Notes: generated by a model from the letters alone, not told the origin. Positions 10,603-19,576 are shown, counted from the first letter of the stretch. The stretch is 64,000 nt of DNA from Actinomycetota bacterium (GCA_016870615.1 VGAZ01000001.1:6481-70480); one strand, 5' to 3'. A program made the numbers and translations.

Positions 10603-11319
10603 TTAAATCTTCTTCATTGCGTTTGAAAGCACAATGGCATCTGCAACTTCCCTCATGGTTTTACGGTTATCCATTGCAAATTTCTGTATTTTCTTGAATG
10701 CTTCATCCTCAGAAATAGAAAGTTCCTTCATTATTACGCCCTTAGCTTTTTCCACTGATTTTCTTGTTTGTAGCTCTTCTTTTATAACCTGTGTCTCTAC
10801 AACAAGCCTGTAATTCTCGATAACTATTGCAGCCTGGTCAGCAACAGTTGAAAGTATGCTTATTTCATAGTCAGTGAATTTGTGGGGCGATGAAGTATAA
10901 ATATTTAAAGCGCCAATTACTTTGTTTTTCAGGTGCAGCGGCACAGAAAGCATGGAAACCAGCCCTTCTTTGACTGCAATGTCCTTGAATTTATAATTTT
11001 CACATTCCAGTATATTTTCTACAGCCAGGGGCTCATTCTCAAGCACGACTTTTCCCGCTATACCTTCCCCCACTTTTAATGGGTTTTTATTTATGTATTC
11101 CTTGCTTATGCTTTGTGTAGCTTTAATTGTCAGCTCCTGTTTTCCAGGATCCAGCAGCATCAGTGAGCATATTTTTGAGCCCAGGGTTTCAGCAGTAACA
11201 TTTACAATGAGCTTTAAAATATCATCAAGGTACAAATCCGAAGTAATTGCTTCACTTATTTTAAGAAGGGCATTTACAATTTCCCTTGAGCTGCTGTCAT
11301 TTCCAGCGCCAGCCGGCAT
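10603..11319 (-). CDS. GAF and ANTAR domain-containing RNA-binding antiterminator-type regulator
   Basis: A GAF-like N-terminal domain is followed by a C-terminal ANTAR helix set (VEKAKGVIMKELSISEDEAFKKIQKFAMDNRKTMREVADAIV). Confidence 0.7.
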   Translation of the reverse strand: MPAGAGNDSSSREIVNALLKISEAITSDLYLDDILKLIVNVTAETLGSKICSLMLLDPGKQELTIKATQSISKEYINKNPLKVGEGIAGKVVLENEPLAVENILECENYKFKDIAVKEGLVSMLSVPLHLKNKVIGALNIYTSSPHKFTDYEISILSTVADQAAIVIENYRLVVETQVIKEELQTRKSVEKAKGVIMKELSISEDEAFKKIQKFAMDNRKTMREVADAIVLSNAMKKI

Positions 11320-11549
11320 TTATTTATCCTTTTTTTAAAATTAAATAAAAAGTTTCAAAGGTTATTATACAATATATAATTTTAAATTTGGATTATTGAT
11401 TTTTATAAAAGCCGCACAAAAAAGCCGCAGGCAAAGCTTTACAAAAAACCCGGATAAAGTTAAAATTCATGATTGCTGACTGATAATTTAACTTCAGCCA
11501 GGATAAAATGTTGCTGTTACCGGCAGCAGGGTTTAAAATCACCCTTTTA

Positions 11550-11625
11550 GGCGCATTCGTCTAGTGGCCCAGGACATAGCCCTCTCACGGCTAAAACAGG
11601 GGTTCGAGTCCCCTATGCGCTACCA
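11550..11625 (+). tRNA. tRNA-Glu (anticodon CUC)
   Basis: Folded by hand into a cloverleaf: 7-bp acceptor stem GGCGCAU/AUGCGCU, D-arm GUCU..GGAC, anticodon stem UAGCC/GGCUA with loop CUCUCAC, T-arm AGGGG-UUCGAGU-CCCCU, and an encoded CCA. It closely resembles bacterial tRNA-Glu. Confidence 0.85.
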
Positions 11626-12326
11626 GTACATTTTGATAAAAAATCAAAAAGTAATTTCGAATTGTTTTCTAGATTTCTTAAGATTGTTTTTTGCCATTTT
11701 TTTGGTAGGGAATTAAATATATCTGAAATCTTTTTTTTCTGTGTTTTGTTGCCTAATAAAAATTCTCCGATTTCTTTAGCCGATGTTAAATCCCGTAGCT
11801 GCTTTTCCTTACTTGAGCGTCTTTCAAATATGATAAATTTATGGAGCACATACGCAGCAGGTTCAGGAACTACAACTGTCATATCCAGGTATTTAACTTT
11901 TATTGTATGAGATTGAAGAAGATTTAGAAATCTTAAGCCCTGGGCATTAATATGTAATTTTGGAATCCTGTATGGCTCGTTGCCTTTGCCCTTTCCAAGA
12001 TCGGCAGTTAAAAATTCCAGCTCAAGTTCCGGATGAACATATTTAGTATAGCCAGTCATATAATTTTGAAGAGGTATGAAATCTAAATCTTCTAATATTT
12101 CCGGTATATTTATCTCTTTTTTCATCCTGGGAGGATTTGGAATTAAAAAATCAATATCTAAAGTCCTAAGAAGTGGTATCTCGGGAGCGTTGGAAAAATA
12201 ATCTTTGTAGAAATAGTGGCACCAGCTTCCAATAAGAATAATATCTTGCAGAACGCCTGCATTATGAAGTGTATTTAATATTTTGAAAAACAGATTACTT
12301 TTTCTTTTCACTGGATATCTTTTCAA
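11613..12326 (-). CDS. nucleotidyltransferase-fold protein (AbiEii-like GS...DIDF motif), putative toxin or defence effector
   Basis: LIGSW...RTLDIDFLIP resembles the hG[GS]...[DE]h[DE]h pattern of the minimal NTase fold. The gene overlaps the upstream small ORF by 32 nt and abuts the 3' end of tRNA-Glu. Confidence 0.4.
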   Translation of the reverse strand: MKRYPVKRKSNLFFKILNTLHNAGVLQDIILIGSWCHYFYKDYFSNAPEIPLLRTLDIDFLIPNPPRMKKEINIPEILEDLDFIPLQNYMTGYTKYVHPELELEFLTADLGKGKGNEPYRIPKLHINAQGLRFLNLLQSHTIKVKYLDMTVVVPEPAAYVLHKFIIFERRSSKEKQLRDLTSAKEIGEFLLGNKTQKKKISDIFNSLPKKWQKTILRNLENNSKLLFDFLSKCTGSA

Positions 12327-12609
12327 GTTTTAATACATCTCTTTTAACCTGGTTGAATAGCTTTTGAAGCTTTCTTCTTTCTTTTATGCTGCCTTCAAGC
12401 TTAGAGATTTCATCTTCATTTAATTTTCCTAAATATTTAAAAACATTTTTCTTATCATCTCTATAATTTAGATAATAATAAACATGCCCCTTTATTTTCT
12501 TTTTTATCAAGCTTCCTTTTTGATACTTCTTTAATTTATTCTCATAGTTTTTTTTAAGGTTAATTAACCTGTTTAACTCTTCTTTTAAAATACCATTTAA
12601 AACTTCCAT
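12295..12609 (-). CDS. small Lys-rich coiled-coil protein, putative partner or antitoxin of the NTase-fold protein
   Basis: It is 104 aa and translationally coupled to the NTase gene. It has strong coiled-coil character and a KGHVYYYLNYRDDKKNVFKYLGKL segment that could be a wing/HTH. I recognise no family. Confidence 0.35.
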   Translation of the reverse strand: MEVLNGILKEELNRLINLKKNYENKLKKYQKGSLIKKKIKGHVYYYLNYRDDKKNVFKYLGKLNEDEISKLEGSIKERRKLQKLFNQVKRDVLKLEKISSEKKK

Positions 12610-12624
12610 AATTACCCGCTAATT

Positions 12625-12717
12625 TTACCAGACAATTTATTTTTTTTAATATGCTGTCTGGTAAATTCTTTAACGTGTTACCAGACAATTATTAATTTAT
12701 TATTATATGTCTGGTAA
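12625..12717. promoter_or_regulatory. two tandem copies of a 10-bp-arm palindrome TTACCAGACA-N20-TGTCTGGTAA, a candidate operator upstream of the small-protein/NTase operon
   Basis: Arms lie at 12625-12634 with 12655-12664 and at 12678-12687 with 12708-12717. Both AT-rich spacers are 20 nt. A further AGTTTACAACTT / AAGTTGTAAACT palindrome lies near 12795-12850. Confidence 0.5.
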
Positions 12718-12953
12718 CTAATGTCAATATGGGAATAGGTATATTTGAATAGGTATGTCTATATTTTATTATATTTTATATTTTACTTTAATTCATAGTT
12801 TACAACTTATTTAAAATCTCAATTATTAAGTTGTCAACAAGTTGTAAACTATTCTGTGTATTATTGCCTGTCATTACTTAAGAATAACTCCCTGTATATT
12901 TTAATTTCTTAATAATTAGTTTGAAATATTGTAACTTGGGGGCTACCAGTTAT

Positions 12954-13298
12954 TTATTCATAATATTTTAAAATTCTGTCTTTACTGTGATTACTCTGTT
13001 TACCTTTAAAATATATTTCAATAAATTCTATTTTTTGTTCTTCTGTAAAAAATGCATAGATTATCCTGATACCACTATTTGAGCCACTGCCTTTTAGAGA
13101 TCTACAACGGAATTTTTTGACTTTAAAAATTTCAGTTTTTATACCAAGATCACTGATTGGAAAGACCCTTGATGGAAAACCCCTTGGGTGCTTATTTAAA
13201 AATTGCTTTAATAAATTCAAATCTTCTTTCAGGCTTGGATATTTCTTTAATAGTTTTTCAAAATCTTTTTTAAACTCCGAAAGACTATCAAACTCCAT
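12954..13298 (-). CDS. RelE/ParE-superfamily type II toxin (HigB-like)
   Basis: It is 114 aa. The N-terminal FKKDFEKLLKKYPSLKEDL and C-terminal GIRIIYAFFTEEQKIEFIEIYFKGKQ segments match the RelE/ParE fold pattern. It lies immediately downstream of the XRE-Panacea gene, with a 3-nt gap. Confidence 0.55.
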   Translation of the reverse strand: MEFDSLSEFKKDFEKLLKKYPSLKEDLNLLKQFLNKHPRGFPSRVFPISDLGIKTEIFKVKKFRCRSLKGSGSNSGIRIIYAFFTEEQKIEFIEIYFKGKQSNHSKDRILKYYE

Positions 13299-13301
13299 AT
13301 A

Positions 13302-14060
13302 CTAATACTCCCTGACTGAGTGCATATCTTTTCTGTAGAAAACAGCTTCATAATCAATAATCTCAAGGTCAGGAGTAATTTCATAGGGTATATCCTCATG
13401 TGAATAATCTTCGATTTGATTAGCGTTCATCGAGGATAACCTTTCAATCACATTATCAATAATTTCTTTATCTCTAGCAGTTAATAAGCTTATATCAGCC
13501 CTTACCAATGGAATGTATTTTATTTGCCTGTAATTATGATAATCAATACTCGTCTTTAAGATTTTTTTACTTTCCAGTAACTCTTTTTCTATTTCTTCAA
13601 AATGGCAGGGAGCCGGGCCATGCTCTATTTTTCTATATAATTCTCCTGTTAAGTACTCCTCATTTAACTCATAGTAATCAAAATCAATAAAGTACAATAA
13701 TTTATATATAACAGTTTTTCCAACATTAATTTTTGAACCACATTTTTCTACTATGTAAAGTAAGATTTGCTTAAACTTTCCTTTATTAAATATAGGTTTT
13801 TCTTCTTTACTTTTTAAATTTAATTCTTTATCACATTTATTCTTGTAAAGTAGTTCCTCTATGGATAAATCAAACAATTTTGCAAATAATGCCAACTCAT
13901 AACTGGAAACCTCCCTTTTGCCTGATTCAATTAAAGATATTGCAGACCTTGGTATATTCATATTTTCTGAAAGTTTTTCTTGAGAATACCCAAATTCTTC
14001 TCTATATTTTTTTATGAGTTCACCTAATTCTTTATTATTATTTATTTCTAGATTATGCAT
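13302..14060 (-). CDS. HTH-XRE plus Panacea (DUF4065, SocA-like) domain antitoxin
   Basis: An N-terminal XRE HTH (GYSQEKLSENMNIPRSAISLIESGKR) is followed by a Panacea-domain block (GKTVIYKLLYFIDFDYYELNEEYLTGELYRKIEHGPAP). Confidence 0.65.
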   Translation of the reverse strand: MHNLEINNNKELGELIKKYREEFGYSQEKLSENMNIPRSAISLIESGKREVSSYELALFAKLFDLSIEELLYKNKCDKELNLKSKEEKPIFNKGKFKQILLYIVEKCGSKINVGKTVIYKLLYFIDFDYYELNEEYLTGELYRKIEHGPAPCHFEEIEKELLESKKILKTSIDYHNYRQIKYIPLVRADISLLTARDKEIIDNVIERLSSMNANQIEDYSHEDIPYEITPDLEIIDYEAVFYRKDMHSVREY

Positions 14061-14269
14061 TTTACCTCCTAATACTTGAAATAATACAATATGTTAGAAA
14101 TAAAGGCAAGTATTGTTAGAAAATAAAACAAAATAATTGTATAAAAATTGATATTATATTAATAAGAACTTCATAACATGCAGTGACGCATTCTGCTTAT
14201 TTATTGCAGTTTTCAATTTAATATAGGTTTTAAGGCAGTATTTGTCCTATCTGGTTTTTGCTTATATTA

Positions 14270-15076
14270 TCAGTAAACCCTTTTTTTCCTTGCAAGCTGT
14301 ATTATAATGCCAAGAACTATCAAGGCCATGCCGGTTATAACTGTTATTATTATGCCAAGGGCAGGGGTGCTTGCATCAGAAAGCCTTTTTAAAAGAATTC
14401 CAAGAAGCGACCATACAACAACAAGGCAATAGAACATATCATTTCTTGTAAATATCACAAGCAGCGCAATTATTATTCCCACAGCAATTACAAGAACTGC
14501 CCAGAACTGCTCACTTAAATTAAATCCGTTCCAGCCAATGTCTACAAGCAGGGCAGTGACATTTGCAATTGTTGCAATTGTAATCCAGCCCATGTATACA
14601 CTGAAGGCAAGATGCGCAAGCCCTTTTTCAGCTCCGCCTGCATCAGATTTTCCTATTCTTAACCTCAGATATATTGACAGCAGCATTATAAAAAGAAGTA
14701 CCATAAATATAAGGGAGAGCCACAAAATTTCATAATGCCAGGCAAAAATCCAGCCAATATTAAATAGTGAAGAAAGAAAAAACAGTATGCCGATTTTTTC
14801 CAATATGCCTACGCCGCCCGATCTTTTGCTAAAGGCAATTACCAGCTGGTATATAATATAAATACCAAGCAATAAATAAATAATGCCCCATATTGAAAAG
14901 GTTATACCTGCAGGTACAAATAAGTTCGGGTACTGGTCAGAAAGCTGGCCTGTTGTTTTATTATTTATTGGTAGTATTGTTGCAAGAGCATTTACTGCCA
15001 CTGTTGCTATAAAAGCAATTAGGTTTAACAGGGACAAAAATATTTTCGCCTGCCTGGAGTATGCGCCATTACTCAT
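14270..15076 (-). CDS. polytopic membrane protein, N-terminal region TspO/MBR-like (tentative)
   Basis: It has eight or more predicted TM helices. The DQYPNLFVPAGITFSIWGIIYLLLGIY segment resembles the TspO ligand-binding helix region, but the assignment is weak. Confidence 0.3.
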   Translation of the reverse strand: MSNGAYSRQAKIFLSLLNLIAFIATVAVNALATILPINNKTTGQLSDQYPNLFVPAGITFSIWGIIYLLLGIYIIYQLVIAFSKRSGGVGILEKIGILFFLSSLFNIGWIFAWHYEILWLSLIFMVLLFIMLLSIYLRLRIGKSDAGGAEKGLAHLAFSVYMGWITIATIANVTALLVDIGWNGFNLSEQFWAVLVIAVGIIIALLVIFTRNDMFYCLVVVWSLLGILLKRLSDASTPALGIIITVITGMALIVLGIIIQLARKKRVY

Positions 15077-15469
15077 TTTTCTTCTCCTTTTTTATAATGT
15101 TTTGCATTTGTCTGCAATTTATATAATATTCTACATTTTTTTATAAATTATAGATAAATATACCAGAAATTTTTATTAACAGGTAATCAAATATCAAAAA
15201 ACCTGTTCCTGCATTTAAATTCTTAAGCTAAAAAAGCTTATAACTGTGGTTTAACCGGCATAATTAATATTAATTTTTAATAACATTTTTAATGCCATCT
15301 TTTTCACTTCGCTCAAGTCATATAAAGGCATGAAATAGGAAAAAATATAAAACCCCTTTTTATATATAATGATAGTATTTATAATTAATAAATATATATA
15401 TATTTTTATAAAAAATAAATTAATAAATATATTGATTTTAATATAATATTAATATATAATTTAGAGACT

Positions 15470-15658
15470 ATGATTAAAAGAATTAAAATATTTAAAGATT
15501 ATTTTACCGGGCAAAAAGGCGCTTCTGCCACTGAATACGGGGTAATTATTGCAGGGGTGGCAATTGCACTTATCTTTGTTTTCTTTACAGTCACAGGAGC
15601 TTTTAACAGGGGATTTGAAGTAATTGTAAATACTCTTAATAATGCAGTAAACAGGTAG
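15470..15658 (+). CDS. flp: Flp family type IVb pilin
   Basis: The 62-aa product carries the Flp motif G-A-S-A-T-E-Y-G-V-I-I-A followed by a hydrophobic helix. It is preferred over the overlapping minus-strand ORF. Confidence 0.65.
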   Translation: MIKRIKIFKDYFTGQKGASATEYGVIIAGVAIALIFVFFTVTGAFNRGFEVIVNTLNNAVNR

Positions 15659-15776
15659 CTGCTGTATCATACTGATAAATCCCAGTTATTTTCAGGCTGC
15701 CTGCATTTATTACTTAATAATATATTTTACATATTTGCAGCAACACTAAAGATTTAATAAAACCTGTAAAATGACC

Positions 15777-16439
15777 TTATCCTGCTGTGGGCACCTTCCT
15801 GTAAATCATATGAAGTATTATGCCTTTTACAATTATTATTATAAAAAACCCTATTGTAAGCATAAATATTAAAAACGTTGCCTGCTGCCATTTCCACTCA
15901 TTTCCCCACACAAGAAACCTGTATCCATAACTCCATAAATACAGAAATGGGGGAAGGACAATAACTGCAAAAAGAGAAGAAACGACATTCTGGTTCACTT
16001 TATGTTTTTTCTTTAAAGTATATTTATAAGTGAAACCTATGCAGAGAGCGGCTGCAAGCACTATAGAAAACTGCAGCGGCATAAGCACAACTGATATGCC
16101 CATTGCCGTGGCTATGCCGCCGCCTCCCCTGAACCTGTAGAAAACCGGCCAGTTATGGCCGGCTAGTACTGCAAGGCTTGCAATGACAATTGTCAGCATA
16201 TCAAGACCGATCAAAATACCTATTCCGGGAACAAGCGCGCCTTTGCCGCAGTCAAAAATAAATGTGGGCAATGCAGCCTTAAAACCGTACTGCCTGCCTG
16301 CCCCGGCAGTTCCTGGCCTGTCAATTTTACCAAACCCATCTTTTTTTAATATCCTGGCAATAACATATCCAAAAACCACAGAGCCAAGAAGATAACTTGC
16401 AATTATATAAAAAATCCTGAAATAGATGCTTTCAACCAT
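15777..16439 (-). CDS. PlsY-family acyltransferase-like membrane protein, second divergent paralog
   Basis: It has the GHNWPVFYRFRGGGGIATAMG motif and PlsY-like TM topology. The N-terminal SGNxGATN motif is again non-canonical (RPGTAGAGRQ). Confidence 0.55.
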   Translation of the reverse strand: MVESIYFRIFYIIASYLLGSVVFGYVIARILKKDGFGKIDRPGTAGAGRQYGFKAALPTFIFDCGKGALVPGIGILIGLDMLTIVIASLAVLAGHNWPVFYRFRGGGGIATAMGISVVLMPLQFSIVLAAALCIGFTYKYTLKKKHKVNQNVVSSLFAVIVLPPFLYLWSYGYRFLVWGNEWKWQQATFLIFMLTIGFFIIIIVKGIILHMIYRKVPTAG

Positions 16440-16641
16440 TACCGCCCCTCAGATATTATTTAAAATTTTTTTTATTATAACAGAATAAGAATTATAAAAT
16501 CAGGTTTTTAATAAATTTTTAATATACATATTAAAACATTAGTAATATATAAGCGTCTATTTAGTCAATAAATATTTATCATTTAAAATTAAATATGTGT
16601 ATACTTAAAAATTAAAAAAATATTATTGAAAGGAATAAATA

Positions 16642-18066
16642 ATGGAAGATTTCTGGCTGCCGGTAAAAGACTTTATTTTCCTCTCTGTTTTCCTGCTTAT
16701 TGCTATCATACTTAAAAATAAAATTGGTTTTTTCAAAAAATTCCTGGTGCCAACTGCAATAATTGGCGGATTTATCGGCCTGATATACAGGTCCATACTC
16801 GAGTTTACAACAGGCGCGCAAGATCTTGCCGTACTTAAACTGAATCCTGATTTGCTGGGCAAACTCGTTTACCACCTTATGGCTATAGGGTTTATTTCAC
16901 TGGCTTTAAAAGAGCGATCAGCAACCTTAAAACATAATAAAAAAGACAATGTAAATACGGGTCTTGCAATTACCAGCGCATATCTTATCCAGGGTATTTT
17001 TGGATTTGCAATATCACTTCTTCTTGCATATACAATCCTTCCCAATCTTTTTCCCCCGTTCGGGCTCCTTCTGCCCCTTGGATTTGCCCAGGGCCCGGGA
17101 CAGGCATATTCTATAGGCACAAGCTGGGAAGCACTTGGATTTATAAATGGAGGAAATATTGGGCTTTCAATTGCAACTATAGGATATCTTTGGGCCATAT
17201 TTTTTGGAATACCTCTTCTTAATTTCCTTGTACGCAGGAAAGAAAGGCTCGGGCTCGTGGGCCTTGAGAAAGATTATAAAGAAACTCATGCGCCAGGCAA
17301 TAATCTTGAAGAAAAACATACTGAAAATATTCCAAGAAAAATATTTATTGACAGTCTTTCAGTGCAGATAGTGCTTATTGGAATCGTTTATGTTATCACG
17401 TATTTTGTTCTTAAGGGAATCACACTTGCTTTAAGCCCGCTCGGCAATTACGGCGATACTGTTTCACAGCTTCTGTGGGGCTTTCACTTTGTTATCGGCA
17501 CAATGATAGCAATACTTGTAAGAATTATACTTAATGCCCTTAAGCGTAAAAACTTTCTTCATATAAATTACCCTGATAATTATACCCTGCAGAGAATTTC
17601 TTCAGCTTCATTTGATTATATGATTGTTGCAGCAATTGCAGCAATATCCGTTGTTACCTTTAAAGAAAACTGGATAGCAATACTTATAGTAACAACAGCA
17701 GGAGGCATTATTACCACATTGTATGCAGTTCTTCTATGCAGGAGGATATTTAAAAGTTATGTAATAGAGCATATCGTCTCCCTTTACGGCACCTGGACAG
17801 GTACAATTTCAACAGGAGTTGCGCTTTTGCGTGAAGTTGACCCCGAGTCAAAATCAAATGCTGCTGAAAATCTGGTTCTTGGCAGCGCTGTGGCGCTTCC
17901 GCTGGGGGTGCCGCTGATGTTTATCCTTGGGCTTGCAATAAACGGCTACAGGGTAAACAATCCCATGCTTTACCTTTATACACTGATTATATTTATAGCA
18001 TTTTTTACAGTACTTTTACTTATTATGATTATAAAAAGAAAAAGGAACGAAAAAAGCGCAGCCTGA
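16642..18066 (+). CDS. gltS: sodium/glutamate symporter GltS-family membrane transporter
   Basis: The N-terminal FLVPTAIIGGFIGL segment is comparable to GltS YTIPEPVAGGLLVAL. It has about 12 TM helices and a central hydrophilic loop, and is about 470 aa. Confidence 0.55.
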   Translation: MEDFWLPVKDFIFLSVFLLIAIILKNKIGFFKKFLVPTAIIGGFIGLIYRSILEFTTGAQDLAVLKLNPDLLGKLVYHLMAIGFISLALKERSATLKHNKKDNVNTGLAITSAYLIQGIFGFAISLLLAYTILPNLFPPFGLLLPLGFAQGPGQAYSIGTSWEALGFINGGNIGLSIATIGYLWAIFFGIPLLNFLVRRKERLGLVGLEKDYKETHAPGNNLEEKHTENIPRKIFIDSLSVQIVLIGIVYVITYFVLKGITLALSPLGNYGDTVSQLLWGFHFVIGTMIAILVRIILNALKRKNFLHINYPDNYTLQRISSASFDYMIVAAIAAISVVTFKENWIAILIVTTAGGIITTLYAVLLCRRIFKSYVIEHIVSLYGTWTGTISTGVALLREVDPESKSNAAENLVLGSAVALPLGVPLMFILGLAINGYRVNNPMLYLYTLIIFIAFFTVLLLIMIIKRKRNEKSAA

Positions 18067-18101
18067 TTTATTTTAAAAATCTTTTATGAATAGTACTGGT
18101 C

Positions 18102-19472
18102 TTAGAAAACGGTATTTTGGTCACTTAACTTAACCATTATATTGAATTTTTTAACTTGCCTCCACACAAAAACAAAGGTTATAAGTATAGAGAAGAAATT
18201 TGATACAGGCACAGCCATCCATATGCCGCTCAGTTCAAAAAAAAGCGGAAGCACTATAATTGCGGGTATAAGCAAAAGAAGCTGTCGCGAAAGTATTATA
18301 ATAAGCGAAGGAACAGTTTTGCCTATAGCCTGGAAAAAACTTCCGCCCAGTATCTGAAACCCTATAAAAGGCAGGAAAATTACTATAATCCTGATGGGGG
18401 TAATACCCATCTGCAGAAGCATTTCGTTATCTGTAAATATTCCAAGAATCTGTCTTGGAGCAAACATTAAAAGAACAAATCCCGTGCCTGCAATTACAAT
18501 TGTCCATATTACTGCCTCTTTTAAAACAGTTTTTATCCTGTCGTATTGCCTGGCTCCATAATTAAAACTTACAAGTGTTGAAAAGCCCTGGGCAATGCCA
18601 ATTATGGGCATTTCAATCAAATTTAAAACCCTCAGCCCAATTCCCATTATGGCTATGTACATATTATTGCCATAATGAAGTATGCTCCTGTTAAAAATTA
18701 AAAACACCACACTTCCCACAACCTGGAGGGCAAAGGAAGGAAATCCGACAGCAATAATCTCTTTTGATAGATCCGGGTAAAGCCTGAATAATTTCAATTT
18801 AAAATGGTAAATGCTTTTTGAGGATTTAAAAAAACTAATAATATACGCAGCGCTCATAAACTGGCTTATTATAGTAGCAATAGCAGCTCCCCTTACGCCC
18901 ATGCCAAAACCAAAAATAAATACAGGGTCAAGTATAATATTGCAGACAGCCCCAATAAGCATGGCATACATGGCAGCCCTTGGCTTGCCCTCTGCCCTTA
19001 TAAGATTATTTGAACTGATGGCAAAAGAAAAAGAAATAAAGCCTATAAGTATTATTGACATATAATCTTTTGCCAGTTTCAGGGTTTCGGTTGAGGCGCC
19101 AAAAAAATAAAGTATTTTATCTATGAATATATATGCAAGAACCATAAGAACTGAGCTCAAAACCAAATTAAGAAGTATGCCTGTGCCGGCAGTCTTTAAT
19201 GCCTTTTCTGAGTTGCCGGCCCCTAAAGACCTTGATATGACGGATGCCGAGCCTATTCCAACCATAATGCCGACTGCCATAATTATAAGCTGTATGGGCA
19301 GTACTATTGTAAGGGCAGTAATTCCCAGGGGTCCAACTCCCCTTCCAACAAACAGCGTATCTACAATGTTGTATAGCGCGCTTACAAGCATTCCAATTAT
19401 CGCAGGGCTTGAAAACCTGAAAAGCAGGCTCCTCAGATTGCCGTTTAAGATTTGCTGTCTTTGTTCTTCCAT
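18102..19472 (-). CDS. MATE family efflux transporter
   Basis: It has 12 TM helices and the N-terminal MATE signature (PAIIGMLVSALYNIVDTLFVGRGVGPLGITALTIV). Confidence 0.85.
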   Translation of the reverse strand: MEEQRQQILNGNLRSLLFRFSSPAIIGMLVSALYNIVDTLFVGRGVGPLGITALTIVLPIQLIIMAVGIMVGIGSASVISRSLGAGNSEKALKTAGTGILLNLVLSSVLMVLAYIFIDKILYFFGASTETLKLAKDYMSIILIGFISFSFAISSNNLIRAEGKPRAAMYAMLIGAVCNIILDPVFIFGFGMGVRGAAIATIISQFMSAAYIISFFKSSKSIYHFKLKLFRLYPDLSKEIIAVGFPSFALQVVGSVVFLIFNRSILHYGNNMYIAIMGIGLRVLNLIEMPIIGIAQGFSTLVSFNYGARQYDRIKTVLKEAVIWTIVIAGTGFVLLMFAPRQILGIFTDNEMLLQMGITPIRIIVIFLPFIGFQILGGSFFQAIGKTVPSLIIILSRQLLLLIPAIIVLPLFFELSGIWMAVPVSNFFSILITFVFVWRQVKKFNIMVKLSDQNTVF

Positions 19473-19504
19473 TTAAATTTTTTAACAAAAATAGAGATTA
19501 AAAT

Positions 19505-19551
19505 AATTCAGTTTCCGATAGAGGCAAGACCTCTTTGCCGGAAACTGAATA
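19505..19551 (-). terminator. intrinsic terminator of hppA
   Basis: An 11-bp stem TTCAGTTTCCG / CGGAAACTGAA encloses an inner AGAGG-CAAGA-CCTCT hairpin. A U-rich tract follows on the minus strand. Confidence 0.5.
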
Positions 19552-19576
19552 CTGGTGTTTAAAATAATATATTTAT

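Noticed and set aside
11613-11625. Overlap of the NTase-fold ORF's 3' end with tRNA-Glu, possibly indicating a false ORF
   Set aside because: The overlap is only 13 nt on the opposite strand. The ORF has strong coding features and a translationally coupled partner. The overlap more likely means the islet was inserted at the tRNA 3' end.
12625-12717. Short spaced repeats that could be mistaken for a mini-CRISPR array
   Set aside because: There are only two units. The repeats are inverted (palindromic arms) rather than direct, the spacers are AT-rich and equal because they are palindrome loops, and no cas genes are present. An operator-type regulatory site fits better.
15461-15670. Minus-strand 69-aa Cys-rich ORF overlapping the Flp pilin gene
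   Set aside because: The plus-strand product has a clean Flp prepilin motif and hydrophobic helix. The minus ORF has no recognisable features and an implausible composition.
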